Shown here in pieces: positions 55,172 to 64,000 of a stretch of DNA of 64,000 nucleotides. The notes under the pieces were generated by a model. It ran no database searches and was not told the DNA's origin. It worked only from the letters and a program-made list of their open reading frames with translations. The DNA is taken from the NCBI GenBank assembly GCA_020201275.1, contig JAIVHB010000133.1:17857-81856 (forward strand), given 5' to 3'. The number at the start of each line of letters is the position of its first letter. Position 1 is the stretch's first letter. The stretch comes from Rhodothermaceae bacterium. GTDB lineage: Bacteria; Bacteroidota; Rhodothermia; Balneolales; Cyclonatronaceae. A program made the translations under genes and the position numbers.

Positions 55172-57490
55172 TCAGAATGGAGATCCGATGTTTATGAGAA
55201 ATTCCCAGTTTCCGGGTTCAACCGTGGTGTTGGGAATACCATCGAAACGATAGCCGTAACTCAGGTCAATAAGTCCGAGAATAGGCAGAAATACCCTTAC
55301 ACCGAAACCGGCAGCCCTTTTCAGGTTGAACGGATCCCATGTATTGAAGTCAAGGTATGCATTCCCGGTCTCGGCAAATATATAAGGTATAAGCTGAACC
55401 TGTTCGCTTGAAACAGCCGGGTATCTGATTTCAGCAAAATACTTGTTGTATATGCGACCTCCAACAAATTCACTGTCAATTGCAGGAGAAATTGAACCGC
55501 CGAAGCCGCCAGGATATCCTTTCAGGTCAATGTTATCGCGATAGAAGACCTGTTGCTGCTGCAGCGGCGTACCACCGAGATAAAACCGCTGAAACTGGCT
55601 TCTGTCTTTACTGCCCAGCCAGCCCATGTAACCGAATTCGGCTCCGCTTGTAGCCACCAGCTTACCAACTACGGGTATGTGGTTCTGGAAGGTGAGCAGG
55701 CCTTTGTAAAACTGTTTGAAGCCCGGTAACGGCGGGGCAACCTCAAGGGAGAGAGACAGTTTAGATCCATTATTCGGCGACAATGGATTGTCGAGTGAAT
55801 TACGCTCAAGTATCGATTTCAACGAAATCATACTGGCCCGACCCGGTTCCAGCAGTCCTTCATTGCGGAATACATCGAACATCTGATATTGCAGAATATT
55901 TATTTGCTGGAAAAAATCATCGGGCCACTGCAGCCGCCGACCCAGAGATACACTGCTGCTGAATTGTTCGAACCGTTGGGTAGAAAATTTATAAAAGCTG
56001 TACGATGTATTGAATCCGAAAGAGTTTGGTCTGCCGAACATCCACGGCTCCTGGAACCCGATGGAGTAATTCTGGAAGCCCCGCCCAGTTACCTGAACAC
56101 CGAGAGAAAGTTTCTGGCCGTCGCCACTTGGCAGCGGACGCCAGGCTTCTCCATTGAACAGATTCTGAGCTGAAAAGTTATTAAAATTCAGCCTTGCCGA
56201 CAGTATGACACCGATCTGCCGGCCGCCGAAACCACCGGAAAACTCAAAGTTATCGGTGCTGGCCGATTCATCAAGCGAGTAAATTACATTAACCGTTTTC
56301 TCTTCGTAATTATAATCGAGATCGGGCAGAATATTTTCCGGCACAAAATAGCCCAGGGTGGCAAGTTCCCGTACCGACCGCTGAATAGCAGCCCGGCTGT
56401 AATTGGTTCCGGGAATATTCCTGAGGTTACGCCTTACCACATCATCATTGGTTTTCGTGTTGCCGGTGAAACTGACCTCCACAAGTTTGGCGATCTCATC
56501 TTCGATAATATTTATGTGGATGTCGATGGAATCGCCCTCAACAAAGCGGATGTCTTCATCTATCCGCATAAACAGATAACCGATATTCTGGTAGAGGCTG
56601 GTAACATCACTGCTTTCCCTGTTGATGTTAAGGTTCATCTCAAATTTTTCCTGATTAAACACATCCCCTTTTTCAAAACCGAGCGACTGGTTCAGGACAT
56701 CCGAAGGGTATACCGTATTTCCCTCCCATGTAATATTTCGCACATGGTATTGCGGACCTTCTTCTATAGTCAGGTTGATGGCAACACCCTGGCGGCGTCG
56801 GTTGTGATCATAAACGTAAACGGTATCCTCTTTAATTCTGAAATCGAGGTGACCGTTTTTCTTATAGAAATTAATCAGGTTTTGCTTACCCTCAATATAT
56901 TCATCACGTTCGAATGTCTGCCTTGTAAGCGATCTCCAGAACGTAGTGCGTTTAATGGGCTTCATCTGGCTTCTTAACTTCCGATCCGAGAAATTCTCAT
57001 TGCCTTCAATCTCAACCGTTCTGATCTGAATACGTTCTCCCGGATCTATATCAAAGATCACTTTCATTCTGTTCCTGAGGGTATCAACCTCTCCGTCGAT
57101 CACATCCACATTTGTATACCAGTACCCTTTTTCACGGTAGTAACGGTTAATGGTATTTACGGCCTGCATTTTAGAGGATTCGGTTACAGCGAAACCCGGC
57201 AGCAAGGTAATTTGTTCTCTGAGATCACGGCGGTGAGACCGTTTAATGCCCCTGAGTTCATAATCTTCGAGGCGGGGCTGCTCGGTTACATATATAGTTA
57301 CGGAATAACTTTCCGTACCGATAAGATTGATATTGCGGATAGTGAACTGGCGCGGCCTGTTGTTCAGCGGATTTGACAGATCAATTTGTGGGACTCCCGG
57401 TGCAACCACCTGGGAATGTGCCGGTTCTGCCAGAAAAAAAAGAAGCAATAACAGCGTTAAATTGCGAATTGTACCTTGTTTTGAAAACAC
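55172..57490 (-). CDS. bamA: Outer membrane protein assembly factor BamA
   Basis: GTG start and signal peptide. POTRA repeats are present (for example 'IQIRTVEIEGNENFSDRKLRSQM', 'YHVRNITWEGNTVYPSDVL', 'KLVEVSFTGNTKTNDDVVRRNL'). The Omp85 barrel ends '...INIGSPF'. The uppS-bamA-skp gene order is conserved. Confidence 0.9.
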   Translation of the reverse strand: MFSKQGTIRNLTLLLLLFFLAEPAHSQVVAPGVPQIDLSNPLNNRPRQFTIRNINLIGTESYSVTIYVTEQPRLEDYELRGIKRSHRRDLREQITLLPGFAVTESSKMQAVNTINRYYREKGYWYTNVDVIDGEVDTLRNRMKVIFDIDPGERIQIRTVEIEGNENFSDRKLRSQMKPIKRTTFWRSLTRQTFERDEYIEGKQNLINFYKKNGHLDFRIKEDTVYVYDHNRRRQGVAINLTIEEGPQYHVRNITWEGNTVYPSDVLNQSLGFEKGDVFNQEKFEMNLNINRESSDVTSLYQNIGYLFMRIDEDIRFVEGDSIDIHINIIEDEIAKLVEVSFTGNTKTNDDVVRRNLRNIPGTNYSRAAIQRSVRELATLGYFVPENILPDLDYNYEEKTVNVIYSLDESASTDNFEFSGGFGGRQIGVILSARLNFNNFSAQNLFNGEAWRPLPSGDGQKLSLGVQVTGRGFQNYSIGFQEPWMFGRPNSFGFNTSYSFYKFSTQRFEQFSSSVSLGRRLQWPDDFFQQINILQYQMFDVFRNEGLLEPGRASMISLKSILERNSLDNPLSPNNGSKLSLSLEVAPPLPGFKQFYKGLLTFQNHIPVVGKLVATSGAEFGYMGWLGSKDRSQFQRFYLGGTPLQQQQVFYRDNIDLKGYPGGFGGSISPAIDSEFVGGRIYNKYFAEIRYPAVSSEQVQLIPYIFAETGNAYLDFNTWDPFNLKRAAGFGVRVFLPILGLIDLSYGYRFDGIPNTTVEPGNWEFLINIGSPF

Positions 57491-57552
57491 GCTTTGTTTT
57501 GGTATGAGGTTAATCGATTAGGAAATTTTTATGGAGATCAGGTAGCGTAACG

Positions 57553-58374
57553 TTAAACACCCGCACTAACTTGTCTCATATCCTTTTTTTCTAGTTGTTC
57601 GGAAATTTTACCAAAGCGCCGTTCTCTCGTCTGATAAGATTCTATAGATTTGTAAAGTTCGTCTCTGCGGAAATCAGGCCAGAATTTTTTGCTTATATAC
57701 AGCTCTGAATACGCTGCCTGCCACAATAAAAAGTTACTGAGCCGGAATTCTCCACCGGTTCTGATCAACAGGTCGGGATCCGGAATCGAATTGGTAGTCA
57801 GCAAAGATTGAATAAGCTCTTCATTAACGTTTTCGGGATCGACTTCACCATTTCTGACCAATTCGCTGATCTTCCGGGCAGCCTGAGCGAGGTCCCAACG
57901 GCCAGAATAGCTCAGGGCAAGGCAAACCTGGAGACGTTTATTGTCTTTCGTGATCTCTATAGCTTCGAGTAGTTCGCGATGGCATTTGTAGGGCAACCTG
58001 TCGAGCTGGCCAACAGCAACAAGTTTTATATCGTTTTCGACCAGTTTTTTGGTCTCTTTCCGTAAGCTTTGAATGAGCAACTGCATAAGGGCATTTACTT
58101 CAGAGGCCGGTCTCATCCAGTTTTCGGTGGAAAAGGCAAACAGGGTAAGGTGGGGTATTCCAATCTGTGCACAAGCCTCCACTGTATCGCGTACTGAGTC
58201 TACACCCGCCTGATGCCCGAAAATCCTCATATTGCCGCGTTCCTTGGCCCAACGGCCATTTCCATCCATAATAATCGCAATATGATTGGGTATTCTGCCA
58301 CTTTCCCGCAGCTCTTCCTGGCGTCGGGCGTCCTTTTCTGTCTGTTTTTTCCGGTTAAGTGATACAGTTTTCAA
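57553..58374 (-). CDS. uppS: Undecaprenyl-diphosphate synthase (isoprenyl transferase)
   Basis: TTG start. 'HIAIIMDGNGRWAKERG' and 'LIRTGGEFRLSNFLLWQAAYSELY'. Confidence 0.95.
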   Translation of the reverse strand: MKTVSLNRKKQTEKDARRQEELRESGRIPNHIAIIMDGNGRWAKERGNMRIFGHQAGVDSVRDTVEACAQIGIPHLTLFAFSTENWMRPASEVNALMQLLIQSLRKETKKLVENDIKLVAVGQLDRLPYKCHRELLEAIEITKDNKRLQVCLALSYSGRWDLAQAARKISELVRNGEVDPENVNEELIQSLLTTNSIPDPDLLIRTGGEFRLSNFLLWQAAYSELYISKKFWPDFRRDELYKSIESYQTRERRFGKISEQLEKKDMRQVSAGV

Positions 58375-58441
58375 AAATTTGACCTGTTAGTACTGTTTCA
58401 AGCTCGGAAAATTATGATTTAATTCGGCCGGATTCAACAAT

Positions 58442-58918
58442 TTATTCGCTTTTTAACTGATTGCTAACGGAAATCATCTCAATAAGAGCCTGTGCGGCTT
58501 CTTCGCCCTTGTTACCGGCCTTGGTTCCCGCCCTTTCAACTGCCTGTTCAATGGTATCGGTGGTCAAAACCCCAAAAATTACAGGTTTCTCATAATCCAG
58601 GCTGATCTTTGCCACACCATTATTAACGGCTCCGGCAACATACTCAAAATGAGGGGTCGATCCGCGTATCACGGCACCAAGACATATGATACCGTCATAG
58701 TTACCCGATTCAAGCATCAGTTTGGCTGTGAGCGGTATTTCGTAAGCTCCAGGACAATAGACGACTGTAATATCCTTCTCTTTTATACCATGAGCCAAAA
58801 GGTTTTCAACCGCTCCCTCTTTAAGGCGTTCGGTAATAAATGAATTCCACCGTGATGTGACTATGCCGATCCTGGCATTTACGGAAGTGAAATTCCCACG
58901 AATTGTATGTACTGCCAT
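58442..58918 (-). CDS. ribH: 6,7-dimethyl-8-ribityllumazine synthase
   Basis: 'IGIVTSRWN', 'CPGAYEIPL', 'GAVIRGSTPHFEYV' and 'FGVLTTDT'. Confidence 0.95.
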   Translation of the reverse strand: MAVHTIRGNFTSVNARIGIVTSRWNSFITERLKEGAVENLLAHGIKEKDITVVYCPGAYEIPLTAKLMLESGNYDGIICLGAVIRGSTPHFEYVAGAVNNGVAKISLDYEKPVIFGVLTTDTIEQAVERAGTKAGNKGEEAAQALIEMISVSNQLKSE

Positions 58919-58929
58919 ATCAAATAATA

Positions 58930-59772
58930 TCAGGATGTGATGTTTTCTTTTCGTTCACGGCAGAATGCTTCCAACCGGTCGGCTTTTTTTGCATCGATGC
59001 AAACCACACCAAGATACTGATCGTCTGCGTCTTTAAAGCCGTGGTAGTCGCTGCCGCCGGTAGTGATCAGGTCGTTAATTTTTGCAAATTCCTCATACTT
59101 ACGCTGAAGATCGAAATTATGACTGGGGTGTATGGTTTCAATACCGTCCAGTTTCGTCCTTGCAAAATAGTCAAGATCTTCATCAACGTACAATAGTCCG
59201 GGATGGGCAAGCACCGACATGCCACCGGCCCCCCCGATGATTCCTATAACGTCTTCAACACTGTGGTACTCCGATTTGTAGTAGGCCGGACCCTCATTGC
59301 TCAGGTATTTGTTGAAAGCCGCTTTAACATTGTTTACGATTTTTTTCTCGACCAGCAGCCCGGCTATATGATTGCGGCTAATCGGCACATTCATCGCAAT
59401 TTTTTCTACATCGTTGAATTCAATGTCCACACCGAGTTTTATCAGATTCTCGACCATTATCCGGGCGCGGTTAATTCGCCTGAATTTCTGGTCGAGAAGA
59501 AGTTTTTTCAGATCAGCGTTGCCCACGTCGAAGCCGTATGCCAGGATGTGGCATTCCCTGCCCTTGTAATCGCTTGTAATTTCAGCCCCTGCAATTACAT
59601 GCACCCCGGCATCAACACCTGCGGCCCTGGCTTCAAAATAACCTGAATAGGTATCATGATCGGTGAGTGCAATGACTGAAAGACCTCGGGCCGACGCTCT
59701 CTTCACCACTTCGGCCGGAGCGTGTTTTCCGTCGGATGCCGTTGAGTGAATATGTAAATCGGCTTTTTGCAT
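58930..59772 (-). CDS. PHP-domain phosphoesterase (TrpH/YciV-like)
   Basis: 'ADLHIHSTASDG', 'IALTDHDT', 'SVLAHP' and 'TGGSDYHG' are metal-ligand blocks of the PHP fold. Confidence 0.85.
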   Translation of the reverse strand: MQKADLHIHSTASDGKHAPAEVVKRASARGLSVIALTDHDTYSGYFEARAAGVDAGVHVIAGAEITSDYKGRECHILAYGFDVGNADLKKLLLDQKFRRINRARIMVENLIKLGVDIEFNDVEKIAMNVPISRNHIAGLLVEKKIVNNVKAAFNKYLSNEGPAYYKSEYHSVEDVIGIIGGAGGMSVLAHPGLLYVDEDLDYFARTKLDGIETIHPSHNFDLQRKYEEFAKINDLITTGGSDYHGFKDADDQYLGVVCIDAKKADRLEAFCRERKENITS

Positions 59773-59774
59773 TG

Positions 59775-61403
59775 TCAGGGACTGAGCACAGAGCGGTAGC
59801 GCTGCTGATCTTCCAAGATACGAAGAGCAAGGCTCATTCCATCATCGTAGGTTTTTAGTGACATGAGCCGGTTTGCACTATCTTCGAAGCGTCCGGTGAG
59901 CTCTGTTACCATATCTTTCATGATCCGGTCTTTAAAGGCATTCATCTCCCCGCTTTTCGCTGCAACTATCTGGGTCCTGAGCTGGTCGAGCAGGTCACCT
60001 TCAATTCCGGAGGGTTGCTCCAGAAGCGATTCTTCAAGCTGGGCAAAATAGCGCTCAGGTTGATTGGTATAGGTGAATTCAACCCTTTCAATGTAAGACC
60101 TGAATTCACTATAAGCCGATTCAGAATCGGACACAGCATCAAAGGAATCGTGATTGGCGGCGTATTCATTGGCAAAGAAAAAGTAGTGGTTCTGCTGCTG
60201 AAGTGCGATCTCGAGCATACTCTGCGGCTCGGCCTCCAGGTGCAGATCGGGATCGATGCCGTTATGCTGATATACCGAACGGCCAGCCCGTGTTGAAAAT
60301 TCCCGATCCGGCTGGTCATAGGCGTTCGATCCGTCGTAATCTACCGTTTGAATGGAGCGCCCGCTGGGGATGTAGTATTTGGATGTGGTGATTTTGAGCG
60401 CCAGATTATACGACAATGGCTTTACAATCTGTACCAGCCCCTTACCGAAACTCCGTTCGCCGATGATCACAGCCCGGTCGAGGTCCTGAAGGGCCCCTGC
60501 AACAATTTCTGAAGCACTGGCACTGCCGTTATTGATCAGTACCACAAGCGGTTCATCTCCGAACAAGGGAGCCTCTTCGGTGCTGAAAACGGTCCGGCTT
60601 TCGATTGCGCGCCCTCTTGTGGTTACTACTCCGATACCGGGGCCAACAAATTTGTCAACTGTTTTTACGGCCTCAAACAGTAGTCCGCCCGGGTTGTTGC
60701 GCAGGTCGAGAACCAGGCTGTTCAGCCCGCCGCCGGATCGCATATCGTTGATGGCATTACGTACTTCCTCTGCCGTATTCTGCCCGAACCGGGTAAGATG
60801 TATGTAACCAATCCGCTGCGCTTCGTCGATAATGCCGTAACTGGAAATATTACGTACCTCAATACGCTCGCGGGTCAATTCAAATAAAAGGGGTGTGTCG
60901 AGGCCAAATCGTTCTATCATTATTTCGACAGTAGTACCCGTATCTCCTCTCATCTGCAGTTGCAGTTCATCGGCTGAAAGCGACTCCACCGTCATCCCGT
61001 TAACTTCCAGGATCACATCACCGGCCTTGATGCCTTTTCTGTGGGCCGAATAGCCCTCAATCGGGGCAATCACCACAAGGCGGCCGCCGCGTGATCCAAC
61101 CTCAATGCCCACGCCGGCATAACCACCACGCGACATGATTTCAATTTCAGGTATTTGCGACTCCTCAATCAGTACCGTATAGGGATCGAGTGTTTCCAGC
61201 ATGGACCGTATGCCGTGCCGCATCAGCTTTTCCGGATCCACCTCAACCACATAACCCTCCGACACTTCACTGTAAACCTCACTAAAAATGGTGAAGTTTT
61301 TTTTGATGAGGAAAAGAGGATCGGGCCTGTAAATCAGACCAAGCCCCGCAATACCCGACAGAACGAGCATCAGGGCCATCACGTAGCGCTTCTTGCTGAT
61401 CAT
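59775..61403 (-). CDS. S41-family C-terminal processing peptidase
   Basis: N-terminal TM/signal segment, PDZ domain ('GIKAGDVILEVNG'), and catalytic blocks 'NNGSASASEIVAGAL' and 'ERSFGKGLVQ'. Confidence 0.9.
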   Translation of the reverse strand: MISKKRYVMALMLVLSGIAGLGLIYRPDPLFLIKKNFTIFSEVYSEVSEGYVVEVDPEKLMRHGIRSMLETLDPYTVLIEESQIPEIEIMSRGGYAGVGIEVGSRGGRLVVIAPIEGYSAHRKGIKAGDVILEVNGMTVESLSADELQLQMRGDTGTTVEIMIERFGLDTPLLFELTRERIEVRNISSYGIIDEAQRIGYIHLTRFGQNTAEEVRNAINDMRSGGGLNSLVLDLRNNPGGLLFEAVKTVDKFVGPGIGVVTTRGRAIESRTVFSTEEAPLFGDEPLVVLINNGSASASEIVAGALQDLDRAVIIGERSFGKGLVQIVKPLSYNLALKITTSKYYIPSGRSIQTVDYDGSNAYDQPDREFSTRAGRSVYQHNGIDPDLHLEAEPQSMLEIALQQQNHYFFFANEYAANHDSFDAVSDSESAYSEFRSYIERVEFTYTNQPERYFAQLEESLLEQPSGIEGDLLDQLRTQIVAAKSGEMNAFKDRIMKDMVTELTGRFEDSANRLMSLKTYDDGMSLALRILEDQQRYRSVLSP

Positions 61404-61413
61404 GGTGTGAGCG

Positions 61414-63423
61414 TCAGTTAGCTGCCGGTATCTTTAGCTGCTGCCCGACAAATATGGTATTGTTTCTGAGATTATTGATGCGCATCAATTCGGCAACCGA
61501 AGTATTGTTTGCAAGTGCAATTTCATACAGGTTGTCATTTCTTCGCACAGTGTATGTTGTTACACTTGTGCTTCTTGCCGAGGCGGTTACAGCCGGTATT
61601 CTCTGTCCGGATCTGCGCTGTGCCATCAGGCTTCGCTTTTCGGCAGTGTTCATGTTATCGATCGCTGCATATTCAGCCTGTCTGGCCGCTGGTACATAGA
61701 TAGTGAGACGCTGACCTGCCCGTATCAGATTGCTGATATTGTTCCATGAACGGATCTGCCAGGCCTGTGTATCGTACCACTCGGCGATATGACCGATCGT
61801 ATCTCCCCTTTTAACTGTATAGCTGAGGCGGGTGGAATTTGCCGGTGCCGGGGTACTGGCCGACGGCTGTGAAGAAGATCCTGCCGAAGCGGTGATCGTG
61901 CGGGCCTGGCGTGCTCTCGACGGACTGTCGGCCTGAATAGCCACGTTTGATCCGCCCGGAACCGGTATGATAATCTCCTGACCAGGATGGATTGTTGTTG
62001 AAAGCCGTTCGTTGGCGGCATAAAGTGACTGTACGGTGGTACTGTAGCGGTTGGCAATGCGGCCAAGCGTTTCACCGCTTGATACGGTGTGAACTACCAG
62101 CGTCTGGCGTGCCGATTCCGGCATATCCCGATATGCAGCCAGGAATTCTGGACGCTGGCCCACAGGGATTTTCAGAGGATAGGGCTTGGCACCAGGCGGT
62201 GTTGCCCAGCGGAGCAGTTCCGGGTTATAGGCACGAAGCTCATCGGGGGTTACGCCGGCAAATTCAGCCAGTACCCTGAGATCGACTGAGCCCTGAATTT
62301 CAACAACCTCGTAAGCGTAAGGTTCGGAATCGGGAATATCATAGAAACCGAACTCACCCGGATTCAAGGCCACCATTGTAGCGGCAATGTAGCCGGGAAC
62401 GTAACCTCGGGTCTCCCGCGGCAGGTGAGGATAGATCACCCAATAGTCGTTACTGCCGTTTGAATTATTTATGGCCCTTCTCATGCCGCGTGTGCTCACA
62501 TTGTAGTTGGCCAGCGACATATGCCAGTCGTCCCAGCGATCATTGAGGTCACGCAGGTGCCTTGCCGCCGCCCGGGTTGATTTCTCGGGATCACGCCGCT
62601 CATCGATCCACCAGTTCACTTCCAGGCCATAGGCTGATCCGGTGGCATGTATGAACTGCCAGAGGCCGACAGCACGGGCATGACTGCGGGCCGTGGGGAC
62701 CAGACCACTCTCAATCATGGAGAGGTGGATGAGTTCTTCGGGTACCCCTTCCTCCTTGAAAATGCGGCGCATCATCGGGAAGTAATGTTTCGAACGCTCC
62801 AGCCAGCGCTGCATGATCTCGGGCCGGCGCTGAGTAAGGTACTGAATGTGGTTGTTTACCTGCTGATTGATGATGAGCGGAACTTCTGTCTTTTTTACCA
62901 CAAGATCTGAAGGCAGCGTGAAAGCTGACCCGTCGAACCATTCGTCGTTAACTGAAAACATTTCCTGTTGTATGGCAAATATGTCGCCTTCAGCCTCGAT
63001 TACAGGACCCGAAATACCGTAGAACTCCTGGTATTCAGCCATTATCGTGCGGTATACCTCATTGAATCGGCGGTCGGTTATCGACTCAGGATAGTCGTCC
63101 ATCAGGCTCTGAAGTGCAATGATGGCTTCATTTATCCGATCTTCAGCGCCCAGCAGATCGTCGGCTACCTGTGCTTCCATGGCTGCAATGCCAGTGCGGT
63201 ACACGTCAATAACACGGTTTACAAATGCTATATCGAGCGGTACGCCATCAATCCGTGTTTCAACCGGATTTCTCTTAACCGGTTCACGTTCCTGAAGCGG
63301 GCTCATATAGGGCAATTCCAGTTTCGGCATGGGAACACGCTCGATCTGCGGGCGGTCCTGGGCAAAAACCGCTACTGCGGCCACCATGAATAAAATGAAG
63401 AAACTGAATCCTTTAAACGGCAT
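61414..63423 (-). CDS. mltD: Lytic murein transglycosylase (MltD-like) with three C-terminal LysM domains
   Basis: SLT block 'MIESGLVPTARSHARAVGLWQFIHATG'. LysM domains 'HTVSSGETLGRIANRY', 'YTVKRGDTIGHIAEWY' and 'YTVRRNDNLYEIALAN'. Confidence 0.88.
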   Translation of the reverse strand: MPFKGFSFFILFMVAAVAVFAQDRPQIERVPMPKLELPYMSPLQEREPVKRNPVETRIDGVPLDIAFVNRVIDVYRTGIAAMEAQVADDLLGAEDRINEAIIALQSLMDDYPESITDRRFNEVYRTIMAEYQEFYGISGPVIEAEGDIFAIQQEMFSVNDEWFDGSAFTLPSDLVVKKTEVPLIINQQVNNHIQYLTQRRPEIMQRWLERSKHYFPMMRRIFKEEGVPEELIHLSMIESGLVPTARSHARAVGLWQFIHATGSAYGLEVNWWIDERRDPEKSTRAAARHLRDLNDRWDDWHMSLANYNVSTRGMRRAINNSNGSNDYWVIYPHLPRETRGYVPGYIAATMVALNPGEFGFYDIPDSEPYAYEVVEIQGSVDLRVLAEFAGVTPDELRAYNPELLRWATPPGAKPYPLKIPVGQRPEFLAAYRDMPESARQTLVVHTVSSGETLGRIANRYSTTVQSLYAANERLSTTIHPGQEIIIPVPGGSNVAIQADSPSRARQARTITASAGSSSQPSASTPAPANSTRLSYTVKRGDTIGHIAEWYDTQAWQIRSWNNISNLIRAGQRLTIYVPAARQAEYAAIDNMNTAEKRSLMAQRRSGQRIPAVTASARSTSVTTYTVRRNDNLYEIALANNTSVAELMRINNLRNNTIFVGQQLKIPAAN

Positions 63424-63753
63424 ATACTGATTTATTTGAGGTTGAACTGGACTATTTCAGACTGCATTAAAATAATAAAATATTTCGAAGGTGTCTGTGA
63501 TGTGATCGATTTAATACCAGGCATAACGAATTCAAGGTCGTTATCATACCTGACACATCAAAAATTACTTTCAGGTTCCTGACAATATTGGTGGGTGTTG
63601 CCGGCACAGGAATTCCTTCTGCCCCTATAAAATGCAGCCACTACCCATACAGCAGCTGTTAATAACGTTATCAGCAACGGAAATTTGCACATCAGGCCGG
63701 AATGAAATTATTTTGCCCTTTATTTACATGTGTGAACTATGTAAATTGACAGG

Positions 63754-64000
63754 ATGAAATTGAATATCAGAGGACGAGGTTCTGCCGACAACCCCGCCAA
63801 CCGCTTCGACCGGCTATATGTGGACAGCAACGTGTTTGATGACGCCGTGAAAAGTGAAGGGGATGCAGATAACGAGGGCGGTGTTTTATGCGGGTTAGTA
63901 CGGCCGGAGACCATTTTCTACAGAGACCACAGTAAAACGGTGATGTCGCACAACCAAAGTCCAGATATCCCTTTCGACTACTCCGTAAACCCTTACCGCG
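63754..64000 (+). CDS. Radical SAM protein, PA0069/SplB-like (5' part; runs off the window)
   Basis: Not in the ORF track because there is no stop in the window. ATG at 63754. The translation 'MKLNIRGRGSADNPANRFDR ... SPDIPFDYSVNPYR' matches the N-terminal region that precedes the CxxxCxxC cluster in this family. Confidence 0.65.
   Translation, partial: MKLNIRGRGSADNPANRFDRLYVDSNVFDDAVKSEGDADNEGGVLCGLVRPETIFYRDHSKTVMSHNQSPDIPFDYSVNPYR

Overview
This 64 kb window reads as core chromosome from an FCB-group bacterium (Bacteroidota / Rhodothermota-Balneolota-like). Supporting signs are a DUF5103 T9SS-plug-type lipoprotein, an OstA-repeat protein, a uppS-bamA-skp cluster, a bS22-type mini ribosomal protein, and many ATGA/TAATG gene overlaps. 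About 52 protein genes are tightly packed on both strands. (i) Cell-envelope biogenesis: bamA plus three tandem skp/ompH genes, tamB, a second Omp85-barrel protein with a peptidase-MA and TolB-propeller periplasmic part, an lptC/ostA ORF, mreBCD-mrdA-rodA, mltD, an S41 protease and an OmpA-family lipoprotein. (ii) Central metabolism: folD, dapF, aroK-aroB, upp, purN-purH, ribH, ansA, kynA. (iii) DNA/RNA housekeeping: holB, recA with a decayed recX, rnr, rnhB, HU, an alkA-like gene and tatD. I found no rRNA, tRNA, CRISPR array, transposase, integrase, phage gene or recognisable defence gene. This does not look like an accessory island, and I cannot honestly point to a clear-cut new multi-gene system. 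The observations most worth following up are: (1) an Omp85 barrel whose periplasmic part is a zinc-peptidase plus beta-propeller instead of POTRA domains, on the same strand as tamB; (2) a CPA2 cation/proton antiporter fused to tandem USP and an EIIA(Ntr) domain, 2.3 kb from a free-standing ptsN and an orphan sigma-54 activator; (3) four unrelated housekeeping genes (holB, lptC, recX, bamA) that each seem to lack a segment expected for their family; (4) an unlisted 29-codon bS22-like ORF; (5) a heptamer microsatellite in a 438-bp intergenic region. All function calls rest on motif and architecture recognition by eye, not on searches. Several start codons are TTG/GTG or ambiguous.
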